From: Alphaproteobacteria bacterium | GTDB taxonomy: Bacteria > Pseudomonadota > Alphaproteobacteria > SP197 | Length of the DNA: 64,000 bases | Direction of reading: 5' to 3' | NCBI GenBank assembly: GCA_965228895.1 | Contig: OZ245842.1 | Coordinates: forward strand, 3,648,001-3,712,000 | Shown: positions 37,957 to 47,050 of the stretch, in pieces | How the letters are laid out: every line of letters starts with the position of its first letter | Numbering within the stretch: position 1 is the stretch's first letter | Notes under the pieces: generated by a model | The model's database searches: none | What the model saw: the letters and a program-made list of their open reading frames with translations, nothing else | What the model was told of the DNA's origin: nothing | Program-made: the position numbers and the translations under genes

Positions 37957-38191
37957 CCATTCCCCGATTGAGTTCCGCTGTTTACGGACTGTTAAGACTT
38001 AGAACAGCTCTCACTAAGCGTTTGAATCCGCGCCATAAAACTCGCTCATTTTGTTGACGTCTGACATTTTGATCAGTCATCCAAAACGCGAAAACGTTTC
38101 ATCCCGCAATGATCTGAGAAACTTCGGCCATGAGCAGCGTCGTCTAGCCCTTCTGCCTAGATCTACCTCGTCCGATTGGAGGGGCAACACC

Positions 38192-38584
38192 ATGGAACCG
38201 ACGACCTGCACGTACGTTATTGGTAGAGATCAGAGCGCGCGAGAGAAGCTGCACCGTTCTTTTGAGGCGACCGGCCTCGGCGCAGCCTGGCAGGCCGAGA
38301 GCCTGCACTCCCTGATGCCGCCGCATATCTGTTATCCCGAACCCAACATCGTTCTGGTCGACATCACCCACATGGCGGGTGATCTCAGGAACCAGTTGGT
38401 CGAGATCCAAAACGAATATCCCGGCGCGACGTTCCTTTTGATGAGCGAAAAGGTCACCTCAAGCCTGCTCATGGAGTACCTGCCGATCGGCATCGGTGGC
38501 GTGCTGCCGCTGGATATCGACCCGCAGATGCTGCGTTACTCGCTGGAATTGCTGCTCGACGACACGCTGATGGCGATGAACTGA
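38192..38584 (+). CDS. Atypical single-domain receiver-like protein
   Basis: GGAGG RBS; PNIVLVDI, FLLMS and GIGGVLP follow REC topology but the conserved Lys is absent. Confidence 0.6.
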   Translation: MEPTTCTYVIGRDQSAREKLHRSFEATGLGAAWQAESLHSLMPPHICYPEPNIVLVDITHMAGDLRNQLVEIQNEYPGATFLLMSEKVTSSLLMEYLPIGIGGVLPLDIDPQMLRYSLELLLDDTLMAMN

Positions 38585-38626
38585 ACGGTTCGTCCCCTTA
38601 GATCCCACTGTCGAAGCGGATCGGAC

Positions 38627-38663
38627 AAAAAAATTGCCCGGCCCCCAGGGATGGGGCCGGGCA
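38627..38663 (-). terminator. Intrinsic terminator (minus strand, possibly bidirectional)
   Basis: TGCCCGGCCCC / GGGGCCGGGCA 11-bp stem followed by ATTTTTTT on the minus strand. Confidence 0.8.
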
Positions 38664-38803
38664 GAAGTCCGTTCCGGAGTCGTTTGCCAAATCGATACAG
38701 TGTTGGCGACCCACCATATAGGGTACGTCTGCTGCCCAATCATCCCCCATCTTGATAGTTCGCTGTTGTTTTCTGTGGATAAATGCGACATTTGCGCGCG
38801 CCC

Positions 38804-39259
38804 TTAGGGCCAGGTGCACGTAGCGCGGAAGGTGAAGACATCGCTCTTGCCGCCTTCATGACTGACCCGTGAATAGGTCAGTTCCGGCCCCATGAAGTGA
38901 AACGTCTCGACCAGACCGATAGGGTAGACGGCGGCCAACACAACGCGTTCGGCGCCGACCTCCAGCGCCATCATGTCGGCGGCGTTATCGGAAATGACAC
39001 GAAGCGCACTGCCTTCCTCGTATTCGACATCGAAGCCTGGTGCCGTCTTGCCGGCCTCATGCACCAGACGTGTCTCGCCCGGCATGCGGCCGAGGTCACC
39101 ACCGGTCTGCACATTGTTAACACCGGCTCCCTGAACAAGATGGCTGACACCGACGAGCGGTCCACACACGGCCACAACGTCGTCATCAGCCGCCGCAGCG
39201 GCGAACGACAGGGCGTAGCCACAAACCACTCCTGACAGAACGGCCTTAAACGAGACCAT
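38804..39259 (-). CDS. Hypothetical secreted protein
   Basis: AGGAGG RBS, signal peptide (FAAAAA), Cys near each end of the mature chain. Confidence 0.7.
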   Translation of the reverse strand: MVSFKAVLSGVVCGYALSFAAAAADDDVVAVCGPLVGVSHLVQGAGVNNVQTGGDLGRMPGETRLVHEAGKTAPGFDVEYEEGSALRVISDNAADMMALEVGAERVVLAAVYPIGLVETFHFMGPELTYSRVSHEGGKSDVFTFRATCTWP

Positions 39260-39544
39260 CGTGATATCCTCCTGTCGCCTTGTCTGTTTCCGGCTGGCGA
39301 GCATCGTCGTCCGACAACTATGCCACAGGTGTGGCGAACGTGGCGGCGCGCTTCTGAAACACGACAGAAACAATAAAGCCTGACGGCTTGAGGTCTCGCA
39401 GCAACGAAACGCCACCACATTGAACAGCCAACCGGCACCAGGCACCTGTTTGGGCAGCATGTGCGCGGGCATACAACGTGACGGGCAACGAGGGAACTCC
39501 TAGCCGTGCTGCATTCGGCGCATAGACGAAACGTGGAACAATCG

Positions 39545-40942
39545 ATGGTGAACGACGACAATCTCGATGAACTCTTCGAAGCGGTCGCGACACGTGCCGC
39601 CGACTATCGACGGTCGCTGGCGAATCGGCCGCAGCGGCCGGAGAAAACCTATGAAGACATGCGTCACGCCTTCGATGCACCACTGCCGGAGGACGGCCTG
39701 CCGTCTCTGGAGGTGATCGAACAACTGGCCGACACCGCCGAGCCGGGCCTTGCCGTCATGGCGGGACCCCGGTTCTTCGGTTGGGTCATCGGTGCGTCGC
39801 ATCCGGTCGGTGTCGCGGCCGACTGGCTGACCAGCGCCTGGGGCCAAAACACCGGAAGCCATCTCGCGACACCGTCCGCGGCCGCAATCGAGGAGACCAC
39901 CGGCCGCTGGCTGCTCGACCTTCTCGACCTGCCGCAAGACTGCTCCGTCGGGTTCGTCACCGGCGCGACTGTCGCCAATTTTGTGGCCCTGGCGGCAGCC
40001 CGGCGCAGTGTCCTTGAAAACACCGGTTGGGACGTCGAAGCCCATGGCCTGTTCGGCGCGCCGCCCATTCACGTCCTGATCGGCGACGACGCGCATACCA
40101 GTCTGTTTTCCGCGCTCAAGTTCTTGGGCCTGGGACATGACCGCGTCCGCCGCGTCGCCACCGACGCGGCCGGACGTATCAAACCCGACGCGTTCGAAGC
40201 CGCGCTTTACGATATCGATGGTCCACTCATTGCCATCGCCCAGGCTGGCCAGATCAACACGGGCGCCTTTGACCCATTCGCCGAACTGGCGGCGATGACC
40301 CACAAGAGGAGCGGCTGGCTGCATGTCGACGGCGCGTTCGGTCTGTGGGCGCGCGCGTGTCCCGATCGCGCCCATCTCGGCGCCGGCCTCGAACAGGCGG
40401 ACTCGTGGGCCGTCGACGGGCACAAGTGGCTTCAGACACCCTATGACTGCGGCTACGCCATCGTGCGTCACGCGGAGGCCCACAGCCGCGCCATGACGAC
40501 CGATGCCAGCTACCTGCCCCAGGTCGCGTCGGGTCAGCGCAACCCCTCCCATTTCGTGCCGGAACTGTCGCGGCGCGCCCGCGGCTTCGCGACTTGGGCC
40601 ATCATCCGTCATCTCGGCCGCAGCGGCATCGCCGACATGGTGTCGCGCCACTGCCGGGTCGCACGCGCCATGGCGACCCGTCTGGCCAACGAACCGGGAA
40701 TCGAGATCCTGAACGATGTCGAGCTCAACCAGGTCATCGTGCGGTTTGGCGACAGCGACGATCTCACCCAGGCGGTGATCGACCGGGTGCAGGAGGACGG
40801 CACGTGTTTTGCCGGCGGCGCGCGGTGGCGCGGCCGCTGGGTGATGCGCATTTCGGTCATCTCGTGGCCGACGACCGACGAGGACGGGGACCTCTCGGCC
40901 GAGACCATCGCGCGCATTTGGTGCGATATGAAGGCGCCATGA
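39545..40942 (+). CDS. PLP-dependent group II (aromatic-L-amino-acid-like) decarboxylase
   Basis: GPRFFGWVIG, GFVTGATVAN, WLHVDGAFG, DGHKWLQTPYDCG. Confidence 0.92.
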   Translation: MVNDDNLDELFEAVATRAADYRRSLANRPQRPEKTYEDMRHAFDAPLPEDGLPSLEVIEQLADTAEPGLAVMAGPRFFGWVIGASHPVGVAADWLTSAWGQNTGSHLATPSAAAIEETTGRWLLDLLDLPQDCSVGFVTGATVANFVALAAARRSVLENTGWDVEAHGLFGAPPIHVLIGDDAHTSLFSALKFLGLGHDRVRRVATDAAGRIKPDAFEAALYDIDGPLIAIAQAGQINTGAFDPFAELAAMTHKRSGWLHVDGAFGLWARACPDRAHLGAGLEQADSWAVDGHKWLQTPYDCGYAIVRHAEAHSRAMTTDASYLPQVASGQRNPSHFVPELSRRARGFATWAIIRHLGRSGIADMVSRHCRVARAMATRLANEPGIEILNDVELNQVIVRFGDSDDLTQAVIDRVQEDGTCFAGGARWRGRWVMRISVISWPTTDEDGDLSAETIARIWCDMKAP

Positions 40943-41013
40943 TTCTGCCGTAAGCTGCAGCCCTAATGCGCGTCTAGGTGCGGAATTGTCACGGCTGTCG
41001 AGGGGGCTTTCAC

Positions 41014-41538
41014 ATGACCAAACGTTCCATGGTGCTTTCTGTCGCGCTTGTCTTCGGTATGGCCGGCACGGCGACACTGGCTTACGCCGCTGCGGTCTTC
41101 GATGGGTTTGTCGAGAGCGTATCGGAGATTTGTACCGAGCAGCCGTCTACCTCCTGTGCCTTTGCGGTGAAAAACTTCCTCGATGCCGACGGCGACGGTT
41201 TCATCACCTATCAGGAAGTGGTCGCGGCGCGCGATGATGCGCGTAGTTCGATGAAGTCCCAGGAAAACCAGCTCGACCCGCAGGCGCGCGGCATTGTCGC
41301 CGTCGCTCTTTTGGTGACGCAGGACTCCCAACTGCCCGGCGTCTTCGACAACTTCGACACCAGTGGCGATAGCCGCTTGGACGAAGGCGAGTTGTTCGCC
41401 GACTTCGACCTCGACGAGCGGCCGTTCGGCGATGTGATAGCCGACCCGAATGGCGCCGATTGGCAGGGTTTCGCCAACCGGTTCGGCCCGGCCGGCATGC
41501 TCATTCTCGGTCTGTTGCCACCGGAATATCGTCAGTAA
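41014..41538 (+). CDS. Secreted EF-hand protein
   Basis: Signal peptide; EF-hand loops DADGDGFITYQE and DTSGDSRLDEGE. Confidence 0.8.
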   Translation: MTKRSMVLSVALVFGMAGTATLAYAAAVFDGFVESVSEICTEQPSTSCAFAVKNFLDADGDGFITYQEVVAARDDARSSMKSQENQLDPQARGIVAVALLVTQDSQLPGVFDNFDTSGDSRLDEGELFADFDLDERPFGDVIADPNGADWQGFANRFGPAGMLILGLLPPEYRQ

Positions 41539-41544
41539 TCCGCC

Positions 41545-42060
41545 TTAGCGCCGGCTAACCAGCTTGGCATCCAGCATAAGCCCGGTGGCCCCGCGCTTCT
41601 TCTGGGTCACGATGACTTGGCCTTCGCTGACCGGCCCCAGATTCTTCTCGCCCTGTGGCAGAAGCGCGATCGCCACATTGCCCTGCCACACGATCAGCGC
41701 GAGCTTTTCGCGCCATGCGGCCTGTGCCCATCGCTTAATCTCGGAATAGTAGGGTTCCTGACGCCAGGCATGTTTCCGTGTGGAATCGACGCGAACCGCG
41801 TAGTGTTTGAGATTGCCGTCCTTGGTCAAAATCATCTTTGAACGCGACGGTTTCCAGTGCTCGCCGACCGACGGATCGAGCAGGTAATGACAGTTGAACG
41901 TCCGGCATTCGCCAGGGCGTTCTTCATAGATGCGGCAACCCGCGCTGGCATCGCAATGCTTGCACCATTGCCACGGCGCCTTGTCGATCTCTTGCACACC
42001 CATGATCTTGCAGCACATCGTGCAGCCATCACAGTTGCGTCCTGCGACATAAGCGACCAT
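41545..42060 (-). CDS. Cys-rich YkgJ-like metal/Fe-S cluster protein
   Basis: CDGCTMCC, WCKHC, GCRIYEERPGECRTFNC. Confidence 0.8.
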   Translation of the reverse strand: MVAYVAGRNCDGCTMCCKIMGVQEIDKAPWQWCKHCDASAGCRIYEERPGECRTFNCHYLLDPSVGEHWKPSRSKMILTKDGNLKHYAVRVDSTRKHAWRQEPYYSEIKRWAQAAWREKLALIVWQGNVAIALLPQGEKNLGPVSEGQVIVTQKKRGATGLMLDAKLVSRR

Positions 42061-42144
42061 TCAGATCTCCCAAGCGCGCGCCGACAGATTAGCGCAGGAC
42101 TTGCTGTAGCAGGACGACGTTCGATGCACCAGCGTTTGCCGGTC

Positions 42145-44214
42145 TCAAGCTTCAATCAGATGCCGCTCACGCCGGAACGGCACACCGTCGGGATCGGGAT
42201 GGGTATCCAGTTCCTGGGCGAAGCGGTGACCCATGTAGACGGCGGTGACGATGGGCCCTGCGCCATAACAGTCGCCGATGCGCCGGATTGACGTGATGCC
42301 AGCGGCGGATATGTCGTCGCCTCTTACCGCCAGATCCTGCCACAGGCCATCGCGAGGCAGTCGCGCCGTCACCATGACAACGCCCGCGCATTCAAGTGTC
42401 ACCTCCCGACGGTTCAGGTCGTCGCTCAAGGCCACCGTGGTTTCGTTGACCGCCTCCAACGTATGACGCGTCAGCATGGTGACGCCGCGCTCGGCCATGC
42501 GCGCCTCAATCGGCTCCTGCTCCAGGGTGTGCTCGGTCCATTGGGCAACCTGCGATGACGGCGTCGCGACGATGACGTCGCGGCCCTCGTCGCGCAGCAG
42601 GTCCGACAGGACGCTCGCCATGTAGTAGCCGTCGTCGTCATAGATCAGCACCGGCCCGTCGGGCGGCCGCTTACCGTCCATCAGATCGTCCGGCGACAGC
42701 ACGTGCGCCTGGTCGGAACCCGGCACCGCTTCGCGAATGGTGTAGCCGACGCCATCGCGCCGCCATGAAGCGCCCGTTGCCAGCGCCACATGCTGGGCGC
42801 CCAGCTCCAGCACCTCGGCCGCGTTCATGGTGCTGGCGGGAAAGACGTCGACATTCGTCATCTGCTGGATCTGGCCGATCCGGTAGTCGCGCACGCGCGC
42901 CCAGGCGGCCAGTCCGGGCAGCCGGCTCTCCCGGCTGACCCGCCCGCCGAGTTCGTCGGCGGCCTCGGCCAGCGTCACGTGATAGCCGCGCCGGCCGGCC
43001 GCGCGCGCGGCTTCCAGGCCCGCCGGTCCGGCGCCGACGATCAACACGCGGTCCTCGCTCTCGTTCGACCGGATGACTTCGGGGTGCCATCCTTTGCGCC
43101 ATTCCTCGCCAAAGGTCGGATTCTGGGTGCAGCGCGACGGCGCGGAGACGTTGTTCCAGGCAACGCAGATATTGCAGCCGATGCATTCGCGGATGTCCTC
43201 GGGCCGGCCCTCCTCGATCTTCTTGGGCAGGAAGGGATCGGCAATCGACGGCCGCGCCGCGCCGATCAGGTCGACGATGCCGCGCTTGATCGCCGAGACC
43301 ATCGCGTCGGGCGAGGTGTAACGCCCGACCGTCGACACAGGCTTGGTGGTCATCTGTTTGACGAAGGCGACATAGTCCTCCTGATAACCCTCCGGTGCGA
43401 AACGCGAGGTCTTGGAGTCATTCGCCCAGTCGCTGACATTGACATCCCAGAGATCAGGCAGCTCGGCGAGCATCTCGACGGCCTCGCGGCCCTCGTTCTG
43501 CCACTCCAGCCCCTCCGGCCCCATCATCTCGTCGACAGCGAAGCGCACGATGACGCCCATGGTGTCGCCGACCGCGTCCTTGGTTTCCTCGATCAGCTCG
43601 CGAAACAGGCGCAGCCGGTTTTCCAGGCTGCCGCCGTATTCGTCAGTGCGATGGTTATGCCGGCGCGCCAAAAAATGCGTCGGCATGGTGCCGTCATGCC
43701 CGGAATAGACGACGACCACGTCAAAGCCGATGTTGCGCGCCCGCTCGGCTGCCTTGCGGTGCCAGCGGCGATAGGCGCGGATATCGTCCTTGTCCATGGC
43801 GCGCGCCTGGATTGGGTGGCGCATCCACGAGACCGGCCGGTGATCCGGCCCGATCGGCACCTCACGGCTATACAAATTTCCGGTGTCCTGGCCGTTATGG
43901 ACCAGCTCAATGCCGGCAAGGCTGCCGTGCTTGTGCACGGCCTCGACCATGCGGCCCAGATAGGTTTCGTCGCCGGCGTCCCACATGTTGGTCTCGGTGT
44001 ACGCCTGGGCATCGCCGGTGACGTGAAAGTCGCACTGTTCTGTCGTGACGATGCCCCAGCCGCCCTCGGCTTTCGTGCCGCGCATGCCGATCATGGCGTT
44101 GGGGAACATGCGCCCCATGCCGTTGCAATGGGGCACCTGATAGAACCGATTGGGTGCGGTCACCGGGCCGATCTGCAGGGGCTCGAACAGAATGTCGTAA
44201 CGTGGGTCGCGCAT
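42145..44214 (-). CDS. Trimethylamine/histamine dehydrogenase-like iron-sulfur flavoprotein
   Basis: NRFYQVPHC (6-S-cysteinyl-FMN Cys), YGGSLENR, RECIGCNIC, GAGPAG. Confidence 0.9.
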   Translation of the reverse strand: MRDPRYDILFEPLQIGPVTAPNRFYQVPHCNGMGRMFPNAMIGMRGTKAEGGWGIVTTEQCDFHVTGDAQAYTETNMWDAGDETYLGRMVEAVHKHGSLAGIELVHNGQDTGNLYSREVPIGPDHRPVSWMRHPIQARAMDKDDIRAYRRWHRKAAERARNIGFDVVVVYSGHDGTMPTHFLARRHNHRTDEYGGSLENRLRLFRELIEETKDAVGDTMGVIVRFAVDEMMGPEGLEWQNEGREAVEMLAELPDLWDVNVSDWANDSKTSRFAPEGYQEDYVAFVKQMTTKPVSTVGRYTSPDAMVSAIKRGIVDLIGAARPSIADPFLPKKIEEGRPEDIRECIGCNICVAWNNVSAPSRCTQNPTFGEEWRKGWHPEVIRSNESEDRVLIVGAGPAGLEAARAAGRRGYHVTLAEAADELGGRVSRESRLPGLAAWARVRDYRIGQIQQMTNVDVFPASTMNAAEVLELGAQHVALATGASWRRDGVGYTIREAVPGSDQAHVLSPDDLMDGKRPPDGPVLIYDDDGYYMASVLSDLLRDEGRDVIVATPSSQVAQWTEHTLEQEPIEARMAERGVTMLTRHTLEAVNETTVALSDDLNRREVTLECAGVVMVTARLPRDGLWQDLAVRGDDISAAGITSIRRIGDCYGAGPIVTAVYMGHRFAQELDTHPDPDGVPFRRERHLIEA

Positions 44215-44301
44215 GATGAGGGAACTCTACGGTGTCAGGTAAGGGATGCCGACCATAGCGCCCCGGACCGTCCAGAGAAACGCTGATTCCCTACCTTCCC
44301 G

Positions 44302-44763
44302 TCAAAGCGGCAGCGCCGTCGTGTTCTTCACCTCCGACACGACGATGCTCGATTCGATCTCGCGCACGCCCGGCATATGGGCCAAATGATCGCGCAAAAA
44401 ACGGTCGAAGTCGTCGAGCGTGCGGACGACGACGCGCAGACGGTAGTCGATCTCGCCCAGCAGCATGTGGCACTCCATGACCTCCGGCAGGTCGTGGATC
44501 GCAGCCTCGAAGGCCGCCGTTGCCTTGAGACCGTCCTCAGACAGCTTGATGCGCACGAAGACCTCGACGCCGAATCCAAGCGCCTCGCGGTCGACGATGG
44601 CGACCCGCCGACGGATAATGCCGGCCTCCTCCATACGGCGTATCCGCCGCCAGCACGGTGACTGCGACACCCCCACCTTCTCGGCCAATTCGGCCGAGGA
44701 CAGGCTTGCATCGTGCTGCAAAAGGCCAAGCAGCTTCACGTCGACGCCATCAAGATCAGGCAT
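44302..44763 (-). CDS. Lrp/AsnC family regulator
   Basis: SQSPCWRRIRRMEEAGII, ECHMLLGEIDY. Confidence 0.93.
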   Translation of the reverse strand: MPDLDGVDVKLLGLLQHDASLSSAELAEKVGVSQSPCWRRIRRMEEAGIIRRRVAIVDREALGFGVEVFVRIKLSEDGLKATAAFEAAIHDLPEVMECHMLLGEIDYRLRVVVRTLDDFDRFLRDHLAHMPGVREIESSIVVSEVKNTTALPL

Positions 44764-44897
44764 TCATCATCCCCGAAATGATCATACTGTGCATTAATTA
44801 TGCAAACTAGAAACCAAAATCGTCAAAATTAGACCAGCATTTGCACCGGCACCTTTCTAGCCTATGCGTCCGTTCAGCCTCGATGCGGGAGTGACCG

Positions 44898-45593
44898 ATG
44901 GCAAAGCCCGACTGGTTCTACGACGACATGCGACAGGTCGGCGTCGACTTCGAGGACGATGACCAAGTGGCGAGTTATGACGAGCGCCAACAGGCGACCG
45001 CCGCGGACGACAACCGCCTGCTCGACAAACTGGGGCTCGGCCCCGATCAGGTCTTTGTCGACATCGGTTGCGGCACCGGCATCCTGTTGGTCGAGGCAGC
45101 CAGGCGTTGCCACCATGCCCACGGCGCCGATGTGTCCACGCGCATGCTGGAACATGCGAAGAAACGCGCCGCCGCCGAAGGGCTCGACACCGTCACCTTC
45201 CATCACGCGGGTTTTCTCAGCGTCGACCTAGACAACGCCAGCGTCGACCTCATCACGTCGAAATTCGCATTGCATCACCTGCCCGACTTCTGGAAGGGCA
45301 TGGCGCTCGAACGTCTCTACCGTGCACTCAAACCCGGCGGCCGCTTGTTCTTGCGCGACGTCGTGTTCTCCGCGACACCCGCCGAGTTCCCGACCGTCGC
45401 CGATGCGTGGACAGCCTGGATGCAGGCCAACACCGGTTACGCCGCCGGCGAGATCGCGGGTCACATCCGCGACGAACACAGCACCTATGCCTGGATCATG
45501 GAGGGCCTGATCCGCGCGGCCGGATTCCGGCTGGTCGAGGCCGCCTATTCCGAACGCGCCTACGGTGACTTCGTTGCGATCAAGGATCCTTAA
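44898..45593 (+). CDS. Class I SAM-dependent methyltransferase
   Basis: VDIGCGTG, ADVS, FALHHLPDFWK, LKPGG. Confidence 0.9.
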   Translation: MAKPDWFYDDMRQVGVDFEDDDQVASYDERQQATAADDNRLLDKLGLGPDQVFVDIGCGTGILLVEAARRCHHAHGADVSTRMLEHAKKRAAAEGLDTVTFHHAGFLSVDLDNASVDLITSKFALHHLPDFWKGMALERLYRALKPGGRLFLRDVVFSATPAEFPTVADAWTAWMQANTGYAAGEIAGHIRDEHSTYAWIMEGLIRAAGFRLVEAAYSERAYGDFVAIKDP

Positions 45594-45625
45594 TCGACTT
45601 GTTCACTGATGAACGCTGGAACAGC

Positions 45626-46867
45626 CTAATCAAAAACATTGCCGTGATGGTAGCGCTCGTCTTCGCCGGCCGCCTTTGTCAGGTCGGCGACATTTGACTT
45701 GGTGAAGAAACCCTCAAAACCGAAACAGCGCTCGACATACTCGGTGATCAAAATCGAGTAGGCCGAGTGTTTGGAGAAGATCTGTTTCAGGTTCGGTTCG
45801 TCCTTGCACTCGCCGACCACGTGCGCCAGGAATGCGATGCCGTCATCCTTCAGCGTATCGACCACGAAGTCGACGTTCTTCTCGCCGGATGCATGGTCGC
45901 CATCCAGCACCTCATAGGCGATGTGATGCATACGCTTGCCGAAGTTCCGCACGAAGTTTTCCGTCGGCATCGGCAGGTTTTCGAACGAGTTGACGAAGGA
46001 CGGCGTGTTGTTGGCGGTGAACACCTTGGCCGGTGATTGTTTGTCGTCGTCGACATTGGCGTTGCGGTTGACGTTGGTCGATGAGTTCTGGTCGGCGATG
46101 TTGTAGGCGCCCCAGAAATAGTAGTTCGACATGGTCAGGAACTCGAGGATGGCGTCCTCGCGCTCGCCCGCCAGGATGCGCGTCGCCATATGGTCGACAC
46201 CCAGGATCAGACTATCCGTTCCCCGGCTCGCCGCCTTCGCTTCTGCAGCTTCCAATCGTTCGATCTCGTTGCCGCGCAACAGAATGCGCTGGCCGATATC
46301 CGGTGATTCCATCTCGTAGGTGCCGGCCGGCGTGTAACCGATCCGATTACCGGTGATCGACGAGGGGAAAGTGAAATAGAAATGCTCGTTGGAGAAAAAC
46401 TTGTTCTCCGTTTCGTCGGGGTAATGAAAACGGATGTTATGGGACTCAAGAACGTCGCGCGTCGCGTTCAGATCCTGCGTTGTAAAGATTTCTCCGACAT
46501 AGCGCGCGTTCGGCTTCTTGCGCGCCAAGGGATAGAGATTGTTCAGCCGTGTCAGGTCGTCTTCGAAATCAGCGTTCAGCGGCTCCAGCACGATGAAGCG
46601 CGGAAACTCGGGCTTGGACTCCATGAAGTAGATCTTGTGGGTGTCGCTGACGAAAGCGTCCTTCAACCGGTACGGCGTCATCACATAAAGCTCTTCCATG
46701 TAAGCGAGAGCATCGCCGGTCTCGACCTGGACAACCAGCGCGCAGATGCTGCCTAACAGATCCTCTACGCCGCTCGCCTTGCGCCGCTCGAAGATCTTCA
46801 GCCGGTACTCGTTGAAGAAATCAGAGCTTTTCTTGTCGCCAAGCGGTTCATAGGTCATCAGGTCCAT
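45626..46867 (-). CDS. Divergent HPPD-like (VOC-fold) non-heme iron enzyme
   Basis: GVDHMA, MHHIAY, LKQIFSK and TEYVER...EGFF...N parallel the HPPD motifs IDH, QHIA, LLQIFT and FEIIQR..GF..GN. Confidence 0.65.
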   Translation of the reverse strand: MDLMTYEPLGDKKSSDFFNEYRLKIFERRKASGVEDLLGSICALVVQVETGDALAYMEELYVMTPYRLKDAFVSDTHKIYFMESKPEFPRFIVLEPLNADFEDDLTRLNNLYPLARKKPNARYVGEIFTTQDLNATRDVLESHNIRFHYPDETENKFFSNEHFYFTFPSSITGNRIGYTPAGTYEMESPDIGQRILLRGNEIERLEAAEAKAASRGTDSLILGVDHMATRILAGEREDAILEFLTMSNYYFWGAYNIADQNSSTNVNRNANVDDDKQSPAKVFTANNTPSFVNSFENLPMPTENFVRNFGKRMHHIAYEVLDGDHASGEKNVDFVVDTLKDDGIAFLAHVVGECKDEPNLKQIFSKHSAYSILITEYVERCFGFEGFFTKSNVADLTKAAGEDERYHHGNVFD

Positions 46868-47050
46868 GCTGCACTCCCTCGCTGCGTCACCGCCTGTGTG
46901 ACGGCCCTCCGCCCTTCGCTATCGCGCCATTGTCGTCACCTGCCGGAACGATGCAACCGCCGACTGTTCGCTTGCGAGGCAGTCTCAACAATGGAACAAC
47001 GCGTACCCGCCATGGGAGATACTGATGACCAGACAGAAAGACGCCCATTC

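Noticed and set aside
37981-37995. Possible CtrA box (TTAA-N7-TAAA on the minus strand) upstream of the receiver-like gene
   Set aside because: Imperfect single match in AT-rich DNA; not enough support.
38774-38782. Perfect DnaA box as a replication origin
   Set aside because: Single box, with no box cluster, unwinding element or origin-associated genes.
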